From an uncultured cyanobacterium (lineage in GTDB: Bacteria > Cyanobacteriota > Cyanobacteriia > Cyanobacteriales > Microcystaceae), in contig CAWEDJ010000059.1 in assembly GCA_963807635.1 (NCBI GenBank), forward strand, positions 1-20,414: DNA of 20,414 nt, written 5' to 3'. Shown piece after piece: positions 8,576 to 17,131 of this stretch. Position 1 is the first letter of the stretch, and each line of letters starts with the position of its first letter. The position numbers and the translations under genes were made by a program. The notes beneath the pieces are model-generated. The model was not told the origin of the DNA, ran no database searches, and worked only from the letters and a program-made list of their open reading frames with translations.

Positions 8576-9161
8576 GTTTATGACGACGAGCGACAAATAA
8601 AGAAAATGGTTCGGAAAAATCGTAGATAATTTCAGTATTTTCTTGCATGAGTTTAACAAACATAAATAAATCGCCATCTGTCACCAGCCCATAGAGCGGT
8701 TGGGAGGGTTGGGGATTGCCTAGCATATAAGCCAAACATTGGTGAATGGCCGCCGTCAGAGCAACGGAACGCTTGGATTCAACGATTAAAATCCAGATTT
8801 CTTGTTGAATAATGAGGGTATCAATTCTGCCTTTTAAGATTTCGTGAGTATCTTGAATTTCGATTTGAACGGGGGCTTCGGCGGTGACGAAAAAGGGTTC
8901 ATCATAAAATCCAGCGAGTTCTAGCAGGGGAAAGACTAAAAGCAGTTTAACGGTTTCTTCGGATAATTCTGCTCTGTCTCGATGTCTTCGATAACGTTGG
9001 TAGTATTTATCTAAAATTTGTTTTTCGCGATCGCTAAGTTCGGGCAGATTGTCTGTCCATTCGCGGAAAAATTGATCATTGTTGGCTTGAACGAGGGGAA
9101 ATTTTTGAGTGAGTTGTTCAAGGCTTATAATGCGTTTTGAAATACTGGTAATAGTCGGCAT
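8514..9161 (-). CDS. Stand-alone PD-(D/E)xK nuclease, type I restriction enzyme R N-terminal-like (cyanobacterial family)
   Basis: EETVKLLLVFPLLELAGFY, GRIDTL...VESKR, QCLAYM and YGLVTDGDLFMFVKL motifs. Confidence 0.8.
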   Translation of the reverse strand: MPTITSISKRIISLEQLTQKFPLVQANNDQFFREWTDNLPELSDREKQILDKYYQRYRRHRDRAELSEETVKLLLVFPLLELAGFYDEPFFVTAEAPVQIEIQDTHEILKGRIDTLIIQQEIWILIVESKRSVALTAAIHQCLAYMLGNPQPSQPLYGLVTDGDLFMFVKLMQENTEIIYDFSEPFSLFVARRHKLYQILQILKNISGVIRDRFL

Positions 9162-9212
9162 AATTGTTCATACTCATAATCAATAGCATTCTGTTTTTAA
9201 GTTTTAAATGGC

Positions 9213-9293
9213 GATCGCCGTTTAATTTAGGCTACAAAAAGCGATCGCGGATTACTCCAGAAAAATTTTTAAGAATTTGAAGAATTTCATAAA
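9213..9293. repeat. 81-bp direct repeat, right copy (HIP1 9211-9218, 22-bp spacer, HIP1 9241-9248; overlaps the yoeB stop)
   Basis: Direct alignment to 8495-8575. Confidence 0.95.
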
Positions 9294-9547
9294 ATATAAT
9301 GGAATCTACAGGCGATAATTGTAATTTCCTCGAATGCAACACTATAAATTAATCGGTGTTCGGAGGTAATTCGTCTTGACCAATAACCTGATAAATTCGC
9401 TTTTAATAATTCGGGTTTACCAATTCCTTCTGTAGGATTTCTGAATATATCCTTGATCAAAAGATTGACTCGCTTCAATAATTTTTTATCGTTATCCTGT
9501 AACCAAAGATAGTCTTCCCAAGCGGCTTCTGTAAAGGTGATTTTCAT
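9287..9547 (-). CDS. yoeB: Txe/YoeB family mRNA interferase toxin
   Basis: AWEDYLWLQ, GIGKPE.LK.NLSGYWSRRITSEHRLIY and CRFHY motifs; ATGA overlap with the antitoxin. Confidence 0.95.
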   Translation of the reverse strand: MKITFTEAAWEDYLWLQDNDKKLLKRVNLLIKDIFRNPTEGIGKPELLKANLSGYWSRRITSEHRLIYSVAFEEITIIACRFHYIL

Positions 9548-9798
9548 GGTTCAATGAGTTCCTTCACGACGGTTTTGCCCGTGTTAGCTTGTTCAATAGA
9601 TTTGCGTAAATGTTCGGCATTCGCAGGATTTGACAACAGATAGAGGGTTTCTTGCCAAGCGTTAAATTCGTCTAGGGACATTAAAACAGCTTGTTTGCCT
9701 TGTTCATTACAGACAATGGTGGGTTCTGCATTTAAATTTACTCGATCAATCAGTTCATCGAGTCTTTGTTTTGCTTGATTGCTGGTAATGGCTTCCAT
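9544..9798 (-). CDS. yefM: Phd/YefM family antitoxin
   Basis: AVLMSLDEFNAWQETLYLLSNPANAEHLRKSI. Confidence 0.93.
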   Translation of the reverse strand: MEAITSNQAKQRLDELIDRVNLNAEPTIVCNEQGKQAVLMSLDEFNAWQETLYLLSNPANAEHLRKSIEQANTGKTVVKELIEP

Positions 9799-9940
9799 CG
9801 TTTTTTTTGTTCAGTTTTAGGTTTTAGGGAGGAATTTTTATCTTTTATTTTCTACACTTAGACGATACGTTATTTTAGTGTTGAGATAGAGGTGTGCCTG
9901 AATTCTAAGATAAAATCAGAAAAACGACTATTCCTAATCA

Positions 9941-10876
9941 ATGTTAACCGAATCCCCGCTCCATCCTCCCTTAATTGTCATCTGTGGTGCAACTGCGACA
10001 GGAAAATCAGGATTGGCATTACAATTAGCCCAACGCTTAGAGGGACAGATTCTCAGTGCGGATTCCCGACAAATTTACCGCGAATTGGATATCGGTACGG
10101 CTAAACCTTCCCAACAAGAACAAGCATTAATTCCCCATCATTTACTGGATATTTGCGAGCCAACGGAGACTTTAACCCTCGCTCAATATCAGGAAAAAGC
10201 CCAGTCCTTAATTTACAGTTTACCGAGTCCGCTATTATTGGTCGGTGGTACAGGACTTTACCTTAAATCTGTTGTTAAAGGCTTAAAAATTCCTAGAGTT
10301 TCTCCCCATCCCCTATTACGAGAACAATTGCAAGCGTTAGGACAAAAATCCTGCTATCAGATGTTATCCCAAGTTGATCCCGTTGCCGTGACAAAAATTC
10401 ATGCTAATGATGAAATTAGAACCCTCCGCGCCCTAGAGGTCTTTTATGTGACAGGTCAACCCATTTCTGAGCAACAGGGAGAAAATCCTCCTCATTATCC
10501 TATTCTGCAAATTGGCCTAGATGGAGACGCGATCGCCTTACAAAAACGCATCGAAAACCGTGTTTGTCAAATGATTGAAATGGGACTTGTGGCCGAAGTT
10601 TCAACTTTAATTGAAAAATATGGTTGGGATTTGCCCCTGCTCAATACCTTGGGCTATGGGGAAATTAAAGCTCATTTACTAGATAATTGTTCCCTAGAAG
10701 ACGCGATCGCGGAAATTATTATTCATACCCGTCAATTTGCCAAACGACAACGCACCTGGTTCCGAGCCTATCCCGAAATCCAATGGTTTGATCCAACCGC
10801 TCCCGATCTACTAGAACAGGTTTGGCAGTCTTATCAATCGTTCAAGCAATCTTTAAAATTATATTCAACAAACTAA
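9941..10876 (+). CDS. miaA: tRNA dimethylallyltransferase
   Basis: GATATGKS, SADSRQIY..LDIGTAKP, VGGTGLY, RALEV and TRQFAKRQRTWF motifs. Confidence 0.97.
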   Translation: MLTESPLHPPLIVICGATATGKSGLALQLAQRLEGQILSADSRQIYRELDIGTAKPSQQEQALIPHHLLDICEPTETLTLAQYQEKAQSLIYSLPSPLLLVGGTGLYLKSVVKGLKIPRVSPHPLLREQLQALGQKSCYQMLSQVDPVAVTKIHANDEIRTLRALEVFYVTGQPISEQQGENPPHYPILQIGLDGDAIALQKRIENRVCQMIEMGLVAEVSTLIEKYGWDLPLLNTLGYGEIKAHLLDNCSLEDAIAEIIIHTRQFAKRQRTWFRAYPEIQWFDPTAPDLLEQVWQSYQSFKQSLKLYSTN

Positions 10877-10878
10877 AA

Positions 10879-11277
10879 ATGAAGGTTTTTGTTTACGGCA
10901 CCCTCAAACCAGGAGAACACAATTATCCCGCCTACTGTGAAGGAAAAGCGATCGCCGTTCAACCCGCCTATACCTACGGCAAACTCTATCATCTGTGCTT
11001 AGGTTATCCTGGAATGACCGTTGGTGCAGAGAAAGTCCAGGGCTATCTATTAACCTTTGGCGATGAATCTAACTTAGTTGAGCTAGACGAACTTGAAACC
11101 TTTGATCCCCAAGGATTACCTGAAAATAACGAGTATCAACGGCAAATGATTACCATTTATGACCTAGAAAACCGCTATTTGGCACAAGCTTGGGGTTATT
11201 TGATGGATTTAGAAAAAATTGAAACTTTTCAGGGCGTTTTTATCCCTTCTGGCTGGTGGCAAGGAACTAGAGATTAG
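10879..11277 (+). CDS. Gamma-glutamylcyclotransferase family protein
   Basis: MKVFVYGTLKPGE, GYPGM and LDELE motifs; ATG 2 nt after the miaA stop. Confidence 0.9.
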   Translation: MKVFVYGTLKPGEHNYPAYCEGKAIAVQPAYTYGKLYHLCLGYPGMTVGAEKVQGYLLTFGDESNLVELDELETFDPQGLPENNEYQRQMITIYDLENRYLAQAWGYLMDLEKIETFQGVFIPSGWWQGTRD

Positions 11278-11329
11278 TACTGTTCAATAGGAGAAAAATA
11301 AGCTTACAACAACACTCAAAAAATAGAAG

Positions 11330-11809
11330 TTATTGTTCCATCGGAATATCGAAAACGGGCTGATTGAGAGCAATCATCAAAGGCTCGGACTCAATCTCTA
11401 GGGAAGCCGACTGGTTACTCGGTTGAAAAATATTATGGGTTCCCATAAAGAGATTAAAAAATACCACAAAACCCGCCGAAGCCGTTACCATTCCCCCCCA
11501 GATCCAGAGACGTAACATTCGATTTTCTCGCTTGATCTGCTGAAAAACCCGTGCAGAAAGTTGATCTGCCGAAATAGAAGGCGTAGGGGTTGGAATTTGG
11601 GGAATGCCCTGCTGTAACCGCAAAAGTTTTAGATAGGTTTGTTTTAATTTAGGATCAGTATCAAGCCATTCCTGAACCTGATAGCGTTCTTCTGTCGTCA
11701 CTTCCCCATCTAAATAGGCACTTAGCAACTCAAACCGTTCAAATTCTTCGTTCATAGACGTGGATTCGTCCTCAGACTGACCATAATGATTTTGGTATTC
11801 AGACTTCAT
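11330..11809 (-). CDS. Anti-sigma factor of SigG (N-terminal anti-sigma domain plus one TM helix)
   Basis: RFELLSAYLDGEVT..ER..VQEWL; hydrophobic segment; downstream of the ECF sigma gene. Confidence 0.85.
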   Translation of the reverse strand: MKSEYQNHYGQSEDESTSMNEEFERFELLSAYLDGEVTTEERYQVQEWLDTDPKLKQTYLKLLRLQQGIPQIPTPTPSISADQLSARVFQQIKRENRMLRLWIWGGMVTASAGFVVFFNLFMGTHNIFQPSNQSASLEIESEPLMIALNQPVFDIPMEQ

Positions 11810-11940
11810 AATGACCTCTCGGTAGAGCGAGATGAAGATAAGTGGCTGAAAGTATAAATCTCAACCCCGATAATGCAACAAGACTCCTCACCCGAAAACG
11901 AACACTCCTATTTACCTATAATAGTCTCAATGGTTTAGAT

Positions 11941-12600
11941 TTAGTCTAAATATTGCTGTAAAATCGATTGCAACTTAGCTCTGGCTCTGGCAATGCGAGA
12001 TTTTACGGTTCCTAAAGAAACGCCCGTCATTTCAGCAATTTCTTCATAGGCTAGTCCGTCAATTTCCCGCAGAATAATCGTGGTGCGGAATGCCTCTGGT
12101 AAATCGGCGATCGCGGTTCTTAAGCGTTCATAGAATTCCGTCGTCGCTAGGGTATCGTCGGGGCTGGGGTAATCGGAAACAATATCCCAATCAATTTCGC
12201 CATCTTCCATACGACGGGGAGCATCCAGGGAAATGGGATTGCTAATGCGCTTGCGTTTGCGTAATTCGTCATAAAAAAGATTCGTCGCAATTCGGCTTAA
12301 CCAACCCCGAAATTTGACAGGTTCATGAAGACGATTGATATTGCGATAAACCCGAATCCAGACTTCTTGCGCTAAATCTGCCCTGTCTTGCCAATCTGGA
12401 GCAAGGTGGTACAGAATTTTATCCACATGGGATTGATAACGACGCAGTAGTTCATCGAAGGCCGCACTATCGGGACGTAAACCTTCTTGACAACGCAGAA
12501 TCAGATCAAAACTCGGTAGTTTATCGGGGGATAGGGATATAGAAGCTCGATGCTGAGTTGCTTCAACATCTAACCATGATGCTTGAATGGCTTGACTCAT
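11941..12600 (-). CDS. sigG: ECF RNA polymerase sigma factor SigG
   Basis: LYHLAPDWQDRADLAQEVWIRVYR, GWLSRIATNLFYDELRKRKR and GTVKSRIARAR motifs. Confidence 0.93.
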   Translation of the reverse strand: MSQAIQASWLDVEATQHRASISLSPDKLPSFDLILRCQEGLRPDSAAFDELLRRYQSHVDKILYHLAPDWQDRADLAQEVWIRVYRNINRLHEPVKFRGWLSRIATNLFYDELRKRKRISNPISLDAPRRMEDGEIDWDIVSDYPSPDDTLATTEFYERLRTAIADLPEAFRTTIILREIDGLAYEEIAEMTGVSLGTVKSRIARARAKLQSILQQYLD

Positions 12601-12641
12601 GGGCTTGACCAACGTAAATGACTCCTCACATAGGGCTTGAT

Positions 12642-12668
12642 GACGTTACTATAGTCTAAAAAGTTTCC
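12642..12668 (-). promoter_or_regulatory. ECF-type promoter upstream of sigG (likely autoregulatory)
   Basis: Minus strand GGAAAC-N17-CGTC. Confidence 0.6.
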
Positions 12669-12706
12669 CATAAAATTTATAAAGTTCCCCCTGTAAAAGA
12701 ACTTGA

Positions 12707-13228
12707 CTAATCGGGAGCAAACGCTTTTAAGAGTTCGCCAATTTGATCTAGGACATCTTTGTTGGTCGTATTCTCCAAAGGATTGCGTCCAGGGATGCTA
12801 GGACGATCCATAAACCGATGAATGCCTTCTTTCACTTGATTACTAATGAGAGAGAGTAATTCTTTTTGGGCGCGATCGCGTTGATAGGTTGCCCCTTCCT
12901 CTGAGGTCGCATAGAGGGGCGGAAGACGGTTCAGGGCATAGGCCGCAATATCCGAAATATCCAGATCGGGTTGCTTTGTCATTTGCAGATCTGCCACCTG
13001 GGTAATCACTTCCGTCACCACCAACTCTTCCATGACATTAATAAACTGCTTATGGGGAATAGCCAACACTTCGCCGCTCAGAAGTGACCCCATTAACTGA
13101 TCCAACGCCATATACTCTTCGAGGGACAATTCCGAGGCACTTTCACAAATACGCCCGACCTCCGACTCCATCGAGGGTGTCAGAAAACCATCACTTAATG
13201 CTTGCTGGACAATGTCTTGAATGCTCAT
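12707..13228 (-). CDS. comFB: ComFB-family cyclic dinucleotide receptor (CdgR-like)
   Basis: FINVMEELV and DIAAYALNRLPPLYATSEEGA motifs; lies between hfq and sigG. Confidence 0.88.
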   Translation of the reverse strand: MSIQDIVQQALSDGFLTPSMESEVGRICESASELSLEEYMALDQLMGSLLSGEVLAIPHKQFINVMEELVVTEVITQVADLQMTKQPDLDISDIAAYALNRLPPLYATSEEGATYQRDRAQKELLSLISNQVKEGIHRFMDRPSIPGRNPLENTTNKDVLDQIGELLKAFAPD

Positions 13229-13316
13229 TTTGCTTAGTTTAATTGGCTTAATCTATGGTCTTCAGAACAAATACAGGATTGTTTTTTGCGATTTTACCCC
13301 TAAAACACCTTTGTTA

Positions 13317-14228
13317 GGGCGTGTCATCAATTAGGGGGGTTGACATTAGTGGCAAATAATGCGCAGAGTATGAAATGACACAATATACGTTGAAGAGAGG
13401 TGTGAATATGACGAGGCGTTATGCGTTGCGGGATGACCAATGGGAAAGAATCAAAGAGCTATTACCTGGAAAAGAGGGAGATGTGGGAGTAACAGCCAAA
13501 GATAATCGTTTGTTTGTTGAAGCCGTATTATATCGATATAGAGCGGGCATTCCTTGGAGAGACTTACCCGAAAGGTTTGGAGATTTTCGAGTGATTCACA
13601 CGCGTTTTACGCGATGGACGAAATCAGGGGTGTGGGAAAAGGTATTCAAGCACTTAGCGCAGGACGCTGATAATGAATACGCAATGATAGATGCAACGAT
13701 TGTGAGAGCGCATCAACACAGTGCAGGAGCAAAAAACAGTAGCGCAGAGGAAGAAGATATAGGAAGGAGTACAGGAGGATTAAGTACGAAAATCCATGCC
13801 GTAGTAGACGCATTAGGGAATCCAGTCTCTTTTTTCCTAACGCCAGGTCAAGCGTGTGATTTAGACGGAGCCGATGTGCTATTGCCTGATGTAGAAGCAG
13901 AAGCGGTGCTAGGGGACAAAGCCTATGACGCAGACGATAGAGTCATTAAGGTTCTAGAAAAAAGAGGGATAGTGCCTGTGATACCCTCGAAAAGTAATCG
14001 AAAAGAACCTCGCCCTTATGATACATTTTTGTATAAAGCGCGTCATTTAGTCGAAAACTTCTTTGCGAAACTCAAACAATATCGTGCGCTTGCGACTCGT
14101 TACGACAAGCGCTCAGCCAATTTTCTAGGCGGCATCTATCTGGCCGCATCAGTTATATGGTTAGCGTAGCCCAGTTTAAACAGCATAATTATTCACTAAT
14201 GTCAAGTGTGTTAATTGATGACACGCTC
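13317..14228 (+). mobile_element. IS5-family element (IS427/IS1031-like), 912 bp, TA target duplication
   Basis: TIRs GGGCGTGTCATCAATTA / TAATTGATGACACGCTC (16/17); flanked by TA at 13315-13316 and 14229-14230. Confidence 0.95.
13408..14169 (+). CDS. IS5-family transposase, intact single ORF
   Basis: GIPWRDLPERFG, IDATIVRAHQHSAGA, GGLSTKIHAVVD, GDKAYD and YKARHLVENFFAKLKQYRALATRYDK motifs; GAGAGG before ATG 13408. Confidence 0.95.
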   Translation: MTRRYALRDDQWERIKELLPGKEGDVGVTAKDNRLFVEAVLYRYRAGIPWRDLPERFGDFRVIHTRFTRWTKSGVWEKVFKHLAQDADNEYAMIDATIVRAHQHSAGAKNSSAEEEDIGRSTGGLSTKIHAVVDALGNPVSFFLTPGQACDLDGADVLLPDVEAEAVLGDKAYDADDRVIKVLEKRGIVPVIPSKSNRKEPRPYDTFLYKARHLVENFFAKLKQYRALATRYDKRSANFLGGIYLAASVIWLA

Positions 14229-14260
14229 TAGTTCTTTTTTTGTATTAATGGCACTAAATT

Positions 14261-14473
14261 TTATGACTGGGGCTTAATAAAGACGAGGGACTGTCGCCAA
14301 ATCAAAATACTTTGATCCGATTGATCAATGAGGCAAATTGACTGTGGGTCTTGCCAGCGAATCTTACCAACGATCAGGTCATTTGTGATCAATTTTACTT
14401 CAACGTTTTTTTGATCTTTGATGAGTTCTTGGACTTGCCTTATGCTGGGCAATCCCGTATCAAATTCGGCCAT
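14261..14473 (-). CDS. hfq: Cyanobacterial Hfq
   Basis: MAEFDTGLPSIRQVQELI...GKIRWQDP...IWRQSLVFIKP. Confidence 0.93.
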   Translation of the reverse strand: MAEFDTGLPSIRQVQELIKDQKNVEVKLITNDLIVGKIRWQDPQSICLIDQSDQSILIWRQSLVFIKPQS

Positions 14474-14649
14474 AAAGTTAAATTTTATTGTTTTTTCTTG
14501 AATTATCGTTCCAGAACGTTAAGCCTATCATACCTGGATTGAACTACTTTAAAAACGGATTCAGAGACTAATTGAGTCAAGATTAACCAACATAAGGAAA
14601 CATTCTAGGAGACAATAGGAAAGAGTGATTTGGGAGAGAGACTCACGAT

Positions 14650-15554
14650 ATGACAATGACATTTCAGGCAGTAATTGCTAAATTACATGAATTTTGGGGA
14701 GAGCGGGGCTGTTTGATTGCCCAACCCTTTGACACAGAAAAAGGCGCGGGAACCATGAGTCCCCATACTTTTTTGCGTGCGATCGGCCCAGAACCCTGTC
14801 TGTTGCCTATATAGAACCCTGTCGCCGTCCGACGGATGGTCGTTATGGTGAAAATCCCAATCGAGTCCAACATTATTATCAATACCAGGTTTTAATTAAA
14901 CCATCCCCCGACAATATACAAGATATTTATTTAGATTCCCTCAGAGTGTTAGGCATTCATCCCGAAGATCATGATATCCGCTTTGTAGAAGACAATTGGG
15001 AATCGCCGACCCTAGGAGCCTGGGGCGTGGGTTGGGAAGTGTGGCTCGATGGCATGGAAGTCACGCAGTTTACCTATTTTCAACAGTGTGGTGGTATTGA
15101 TTGTCGTCCTGTTTCCATTGAAATTACCTACGGTTTAGAACGATTGGCGATGTATCTGCAAAATGTGGATGCGATCAAGAAGATTCAATGGAATGAGAAA
15201 ATCCAGTACGGGGATATTTTCTGGCAGGGAGAAATTGAGCAATGTACCTATAATTTTGAAGCGTCTAATCCTGAGATGTTATTAAATCTTTTTAGTCTCT
15301 ATGAACAGGAAGCCAAACAATTAATTGAGAGGGGTTTGGTGTTGCCCAGTTTGGAATATGTCCTCAAATGTTCCCATTCTTTCAATTTATTGGATGCCAG
15401 AGGCGTGATTGCGGTCACAGAAAGAACCCGTTATATTGGCCGAATTCGCAATTTAGCGCGAGAAGTAGCCCATTTATATTTGGCTCAACGAGAATCGTTA
15501 GGCTTTCCCCTGGCAGTTAATCAAAGTAAAAATGATCTAGTTGCGATCGGTTAG
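14650..15554 (+). CDS. glyQ: Glycine-tRNA ligase alpha subunit; single-base deletion near 14798 (likely artefact)
   Basis: [55 protein letters not shown] and [12 protein letters not shown] motifs. Confidence 0.97.
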
Positions 15555-15569
15555 TAAATCGGTTAGTAA
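15546..15569. repeat. 12-bp perfect tandem duplication spanning the glyQ stop
   Basis: ATCGGTTAGTAA x2. Confidence 0.9.
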
Positions 15570-15599
15570 AACTGAATTTTGGGGCAGACAAAAGATTTT

Positions 15600-15624
15600 T
15601 AGGGACATAATATACTCTGTCCTT
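15600..15624. repeat. REP-like palindrome, copy 1 (degenerate)
   Basis: TAGGGACATAATATACTCTGTCCTT; matches 17935-17959 at 23/25. Confidence 0.75.
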
Positions 15625-15666
15625 CGTTTTCCAGTTACATTGAAAATAATATTACCCAAAAAGTTT

Positions 15667-16242
15667 ATGAATGCCATTACTGTTGACTTAAATTCCATCA
15701 TTACGATGACTGATGAACAGTTTGAGCAACTGTGTTATCAAAATCGAGAGCTTGGGTTTGAGCGCAATGACCAGGGAGAATTAATTATTATGTCGCCGAC
15801 AGGAGGAACAACGGGAAAATGTAATTTTGATCTTAATTTAGAGTTGGGACTTTGGAATCGCGAAAAACAATTAGGAGTTTGTTTTGACTCTTCGACAGGT
15901 TTTAAATTGCCTAATGGTGCTGATCGATCGCCCGATTTGGCTTGGCTTTCGGTGGAAAAATGGAATAGTCTGACTCCAGAACAACAGGAAAAATTTATTC
16001 CTTTGGCTCCCGATTTTGTCATTGAGCTAAGATCTCCCTCTGATGATTTGCGTAAACTCCAAAATAAGATGCAGGAATATATCGATAATGGTACTCGTTT
16101 AGGTTGGTTAATCGATCGCCAAAATAGATCGGTTGAAATTTATCGTCTAGGACAACCCAAGGAAATCCTTAATACTCCAAATAGTATATGGGGGGAGGAA
16201 GTTTTGCCTGATTTTGTTTTAAATCTTGCGACCATTTGGTAA
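15667..16242 (+). CDS. Uma2 family endonuclease
   Basis: GELIIMSPTGG, FDSSTGFKLPNGADRSPDLAW, PDFVIELRSPSD and KMQEYIDNGTRLGWLID motifs. Confidence 0.93.
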   Translation: MNAITVDLNSIITMTDEQFEQLCYQNRELGFERNDQGELIIMSPTGGTTGKCNFDLNLELGLWNREKQLGVCFDSSTGFKLPNGADRSPDLAWLSVEKWNSLTPEQQEKFIPLAPDFVIELRSPSDDLRKLQNKMQEYIDNGTRLGWLIDRQNRSVEIYRLGQPKEILNTPNSIWGEEVLPDFVLNLATIW

Positions 16243-16254
16243 CTTAAATATTTA

Positions 16255-16280
16255 TAGAAACATAATAAATTATGTCCTTA
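16255..16280. repeat. REP-like palindrome, copy 2 (degenerate)
   Basis: TAGAAACATAATAAATTATGTCCTTA; 23/26 to 17935-17960. Confidence 0.75.
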
Positions 16281-16318
16281 GTTTTAAAGATTTAATTAAT
16301 AGAATTAATCATTTTCTG

Positions 16319-17114
16319 ATGGTAAACCAGTTTCGTTATTACGGAAAAGTTTTAGGGTTATTCTGGCAAACTGCGATCGCAGCAGAGTTGGAATATCGCC
16401 TCAATTTTGCGATCGCCTCCCTCAGTAGCTTGGCGAATATGGTGGGGAGTATTTTTAGCTTATTTTTGTTTTATCGGACGGGCTATAGTTTTCAAGGTTG
16501 GAGTTGGACAGAAGCTTTGGTGGTGTTGGGAATGTTTACCCTTTTACAAGGATTTTCGGCCACTTTGTTGATTCCTAATTTGAATCGAATTGTGGAATAT
16601 GTTCAGCAGGGAACCCTAGATTTTATTTTACTCAAACCCATTAGTAGTCAGTTTTGGTTATCGACCAGAATTCTTTCACCTTGGGGAATTCCCGATCTCT
16701 TTTTCGGATTATTAATTATTTTTTATGCTGCCAGTAAGTTAACCATTAATCCAATTAATTATTTCCTCAGTTTTTTGGCGATCGCCTTGGGAATGATCAT
16801 TCTCTATAGTATTTGGTTTATTTTAGGCGCGACCAGTATTTGGTTTGTCAAAATTCATAATGTCACCGAAGTTTTACGGGGATTACTCGAAGCAGGGCGT
16901 TATCCGATCGGCCGCCTATCCTGCGAGTTATCGTTTGTTTTTTACCGTAGTTGTTCCCGTTGCTTTTTTAACCACCATTCCCGCAGAAGCTTTGTTAGGA
17001 AAAACCGCTCTTCCTTGGCTTTTGAGTGCTGGGATATTAGCGTTATTTTTATTAATGATTTCCCATTTTTTTTGGCAATTTGCCCTAAGATTTTACACCA
17101 GTGCTTCTAGTTAA
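16319..17114 (+). CDS. ABC-2 type transporter permease (DUF990-like); +1 insertion near 16909
   Basis: AELEYRLNF, GTLDFILLKPISSQFWLS and LLEAGRYP, continuing in the other frame as AYPASYRLFFT...ALRFYTSASS*. Confidence 0.88.
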
Positions 17115-17131
17115 TTTAGTTTAATGTTAAT

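Noticed and set aside
8514..9161. Type I restriction-modification system
   Set aside because: Only a 215-aa nuclease-like domain; no helicase motor, hsdM or hsdS nearby.
15541..16318. Extended TTG starts at 15541 (Uma2) and 16226 (permease) from the ORF track
   Set aside because: The extensions run through the tandem repeat and REP-like palindromes; ATG 15667 and ATG 16319 fit the expected family lengths better.
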